Below, piece after piece: positions 63,438-64,000 of a stretch of DNA of 64,000 nt. The position numbers were made by a program, and so were the translations under genes. The stretch's first letter is position 1, and every line of letters begins with the position of its first letter. Under the pieces are notes generated by a model. That model made no database searches. It was not told the DNA's origin and saw nothing but the letters and a program-made list of their open reading frames with translations. This stretch comes from Actinomycetes bacterium (GTDB lineage Bacteria > Actinomycetota > Acidimicrobiia > Acidimicrobiales > RAAP-2): assembly GCA_021818025.1 (NCBI GenBank), contig JAKAFH010000002.1, positions 15,878 to 79,877 of the forward strand, read 5' to 3'.

Positions 63438-64000
63438 AGATTGACGTCGACCTCGGCGAGCGCGCCTACGAGGTGATCACCGGGCTCGGTGCGCGACGAC
63501 ACCTCGCCGAGGTGATCGCGCGCCGAGCACCCCGGGCCCGAACCGCGGCGATCGTCACGTCCGAGGGGCTCGTCGGCCGGCAGTGGTTCGACGTGGAGAC
63601 CGGTCTCGATCAGCACGTGATCGTGGTTCCCGACGGCGAGACGGCGAAGTCGATGGCGGCCGTGGAGTACCTCTGCGAGCGCTTCGTGGCGCTCGGACTC
63701 TCACGTGACGACGTGGTCGTGGGCGTGGGTGGCGGTGCGGTGACCGACCTCGCGGGCTTCGCGGCGGCGGTCTACCTGCGAGGCGTCGGCGTGGTGCAGG
63801 TGCCCACGACGCTGGTCGGCCAGGTGGACGCCGCGATCGGGGGCAAGACCGGCGTAAACCTGACCGTGGGTAAGAATCTCGTCGGCGCCTTCCACCAACC
63901 CCTCGGCGTGCTCTGCGACACCGCAGCCCTCGAGACCCTGCCCGACCGCGAGCTGCGCAGCGGCTACGGCGAAGTGGCGAAGTGCTGGCTCCTGGAGCGG
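63434..64000 (+). CDS. aroB: 3-dehydroquinate synthase (5' part; continues beyond the window)
   Basis: ATG 63434 forms ATGA with the aroK stop. Reading this frame by eye gives MKIDVDLGERAYEV..GVGGGAVTDLAGFAAAVYLRGV..VPTTLVGQVDAAIGGKTGVN. No stop occurs before the window end. Confidence 0.85.
   Translation, partial: MKIDVDLGERAYEVITGLGARRHLAEVIARRAPRARTAAIVTSEGLVGRQWFDVETGLDQHVIVVPDGETAKSMAAVEYLCERFVALGLSRDDVVVGVGGGAVTDLAGFAAAVYLRGVGVVQVPTTLVGQVDAAIGGKTGVNLTVGKNLVGAFHQPLGVLCDTAALETLPDRELRSGYGEVAKCWLLER

Overview
High-GC, gene-dense chromosomal segment of an actinobacterium. The assignment rests on no ftsA, sepF and divIVA downstream of ftsZ, a DUF3040 gene upstream of mraZ, a Bpa-type proteasome activator, and many leaderless-type gene starts. 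Left to right: tRNA-Gly(GCC); a CoA-transferase/esterase/sulfatase trio; a polar amino-acid ABC transporter; a family III CoA-transferase; a nitroreductase; a Fur-family regulator with an ABC-2 exporter, divergent from msrA; a nitronate monooxygenase; an NhaA remnant; an LMW tyrosine phosphatase. Next comes a complete division/cell-wall (dcw) cluster, mraZ-rsmH-ftsL-ftsI-murE-mraY-ftsW-murG-murC-murB-ftsQ-ftsZ-yggS-sepF-yggT-divIVA. It is followed by an unusual Lys/Ala-rich DksA/TraR zinc-finger protein, lspA, rluD, a sigma-70 factor, an Rrf2 regulator, bpa and dnaE. After that: two unknown genes, a DUF255 thioredoxin-domain protein, a multiply disrupted PfkB sugar-kinase pseudogene, an oxidoreductase with a CUT2-type sugar ABC transporter, and an SDR. 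The right end holds a menaquinone cluster (menE, menB, menA, menH, menD) interrupted by an SRPBCC-sulfatase pair, then ccdA, tyrS, several small unknown genes, an NfuA-like Fe-S carrier, and aroC-aroK-aroB (aroB runs off the window). I saw no rRNA, CRISPR array, transposase, integrase or prophage genes. The points most worth follow-up are: (1) the three-part H1-like tail / ER-K helix / DksA zinc-finger protein with nested tandem repeats; (2) the SRPBCC and cytoplasmic sulfatase genes inside the menaquinone cluster; (3) the TANNNT-N6-start-codon architecture at 11 or more genes, including back-to-back promoter pairs and an identical 12-mer at two unrelated genes; (4) a dcw cluster that lacks murD and murF but carries murB; (5) phased GTGG(T/G)G repeats in front of mraZ. 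All functions are inferred by eye from motifs and remembered family signatures. No database search was run.
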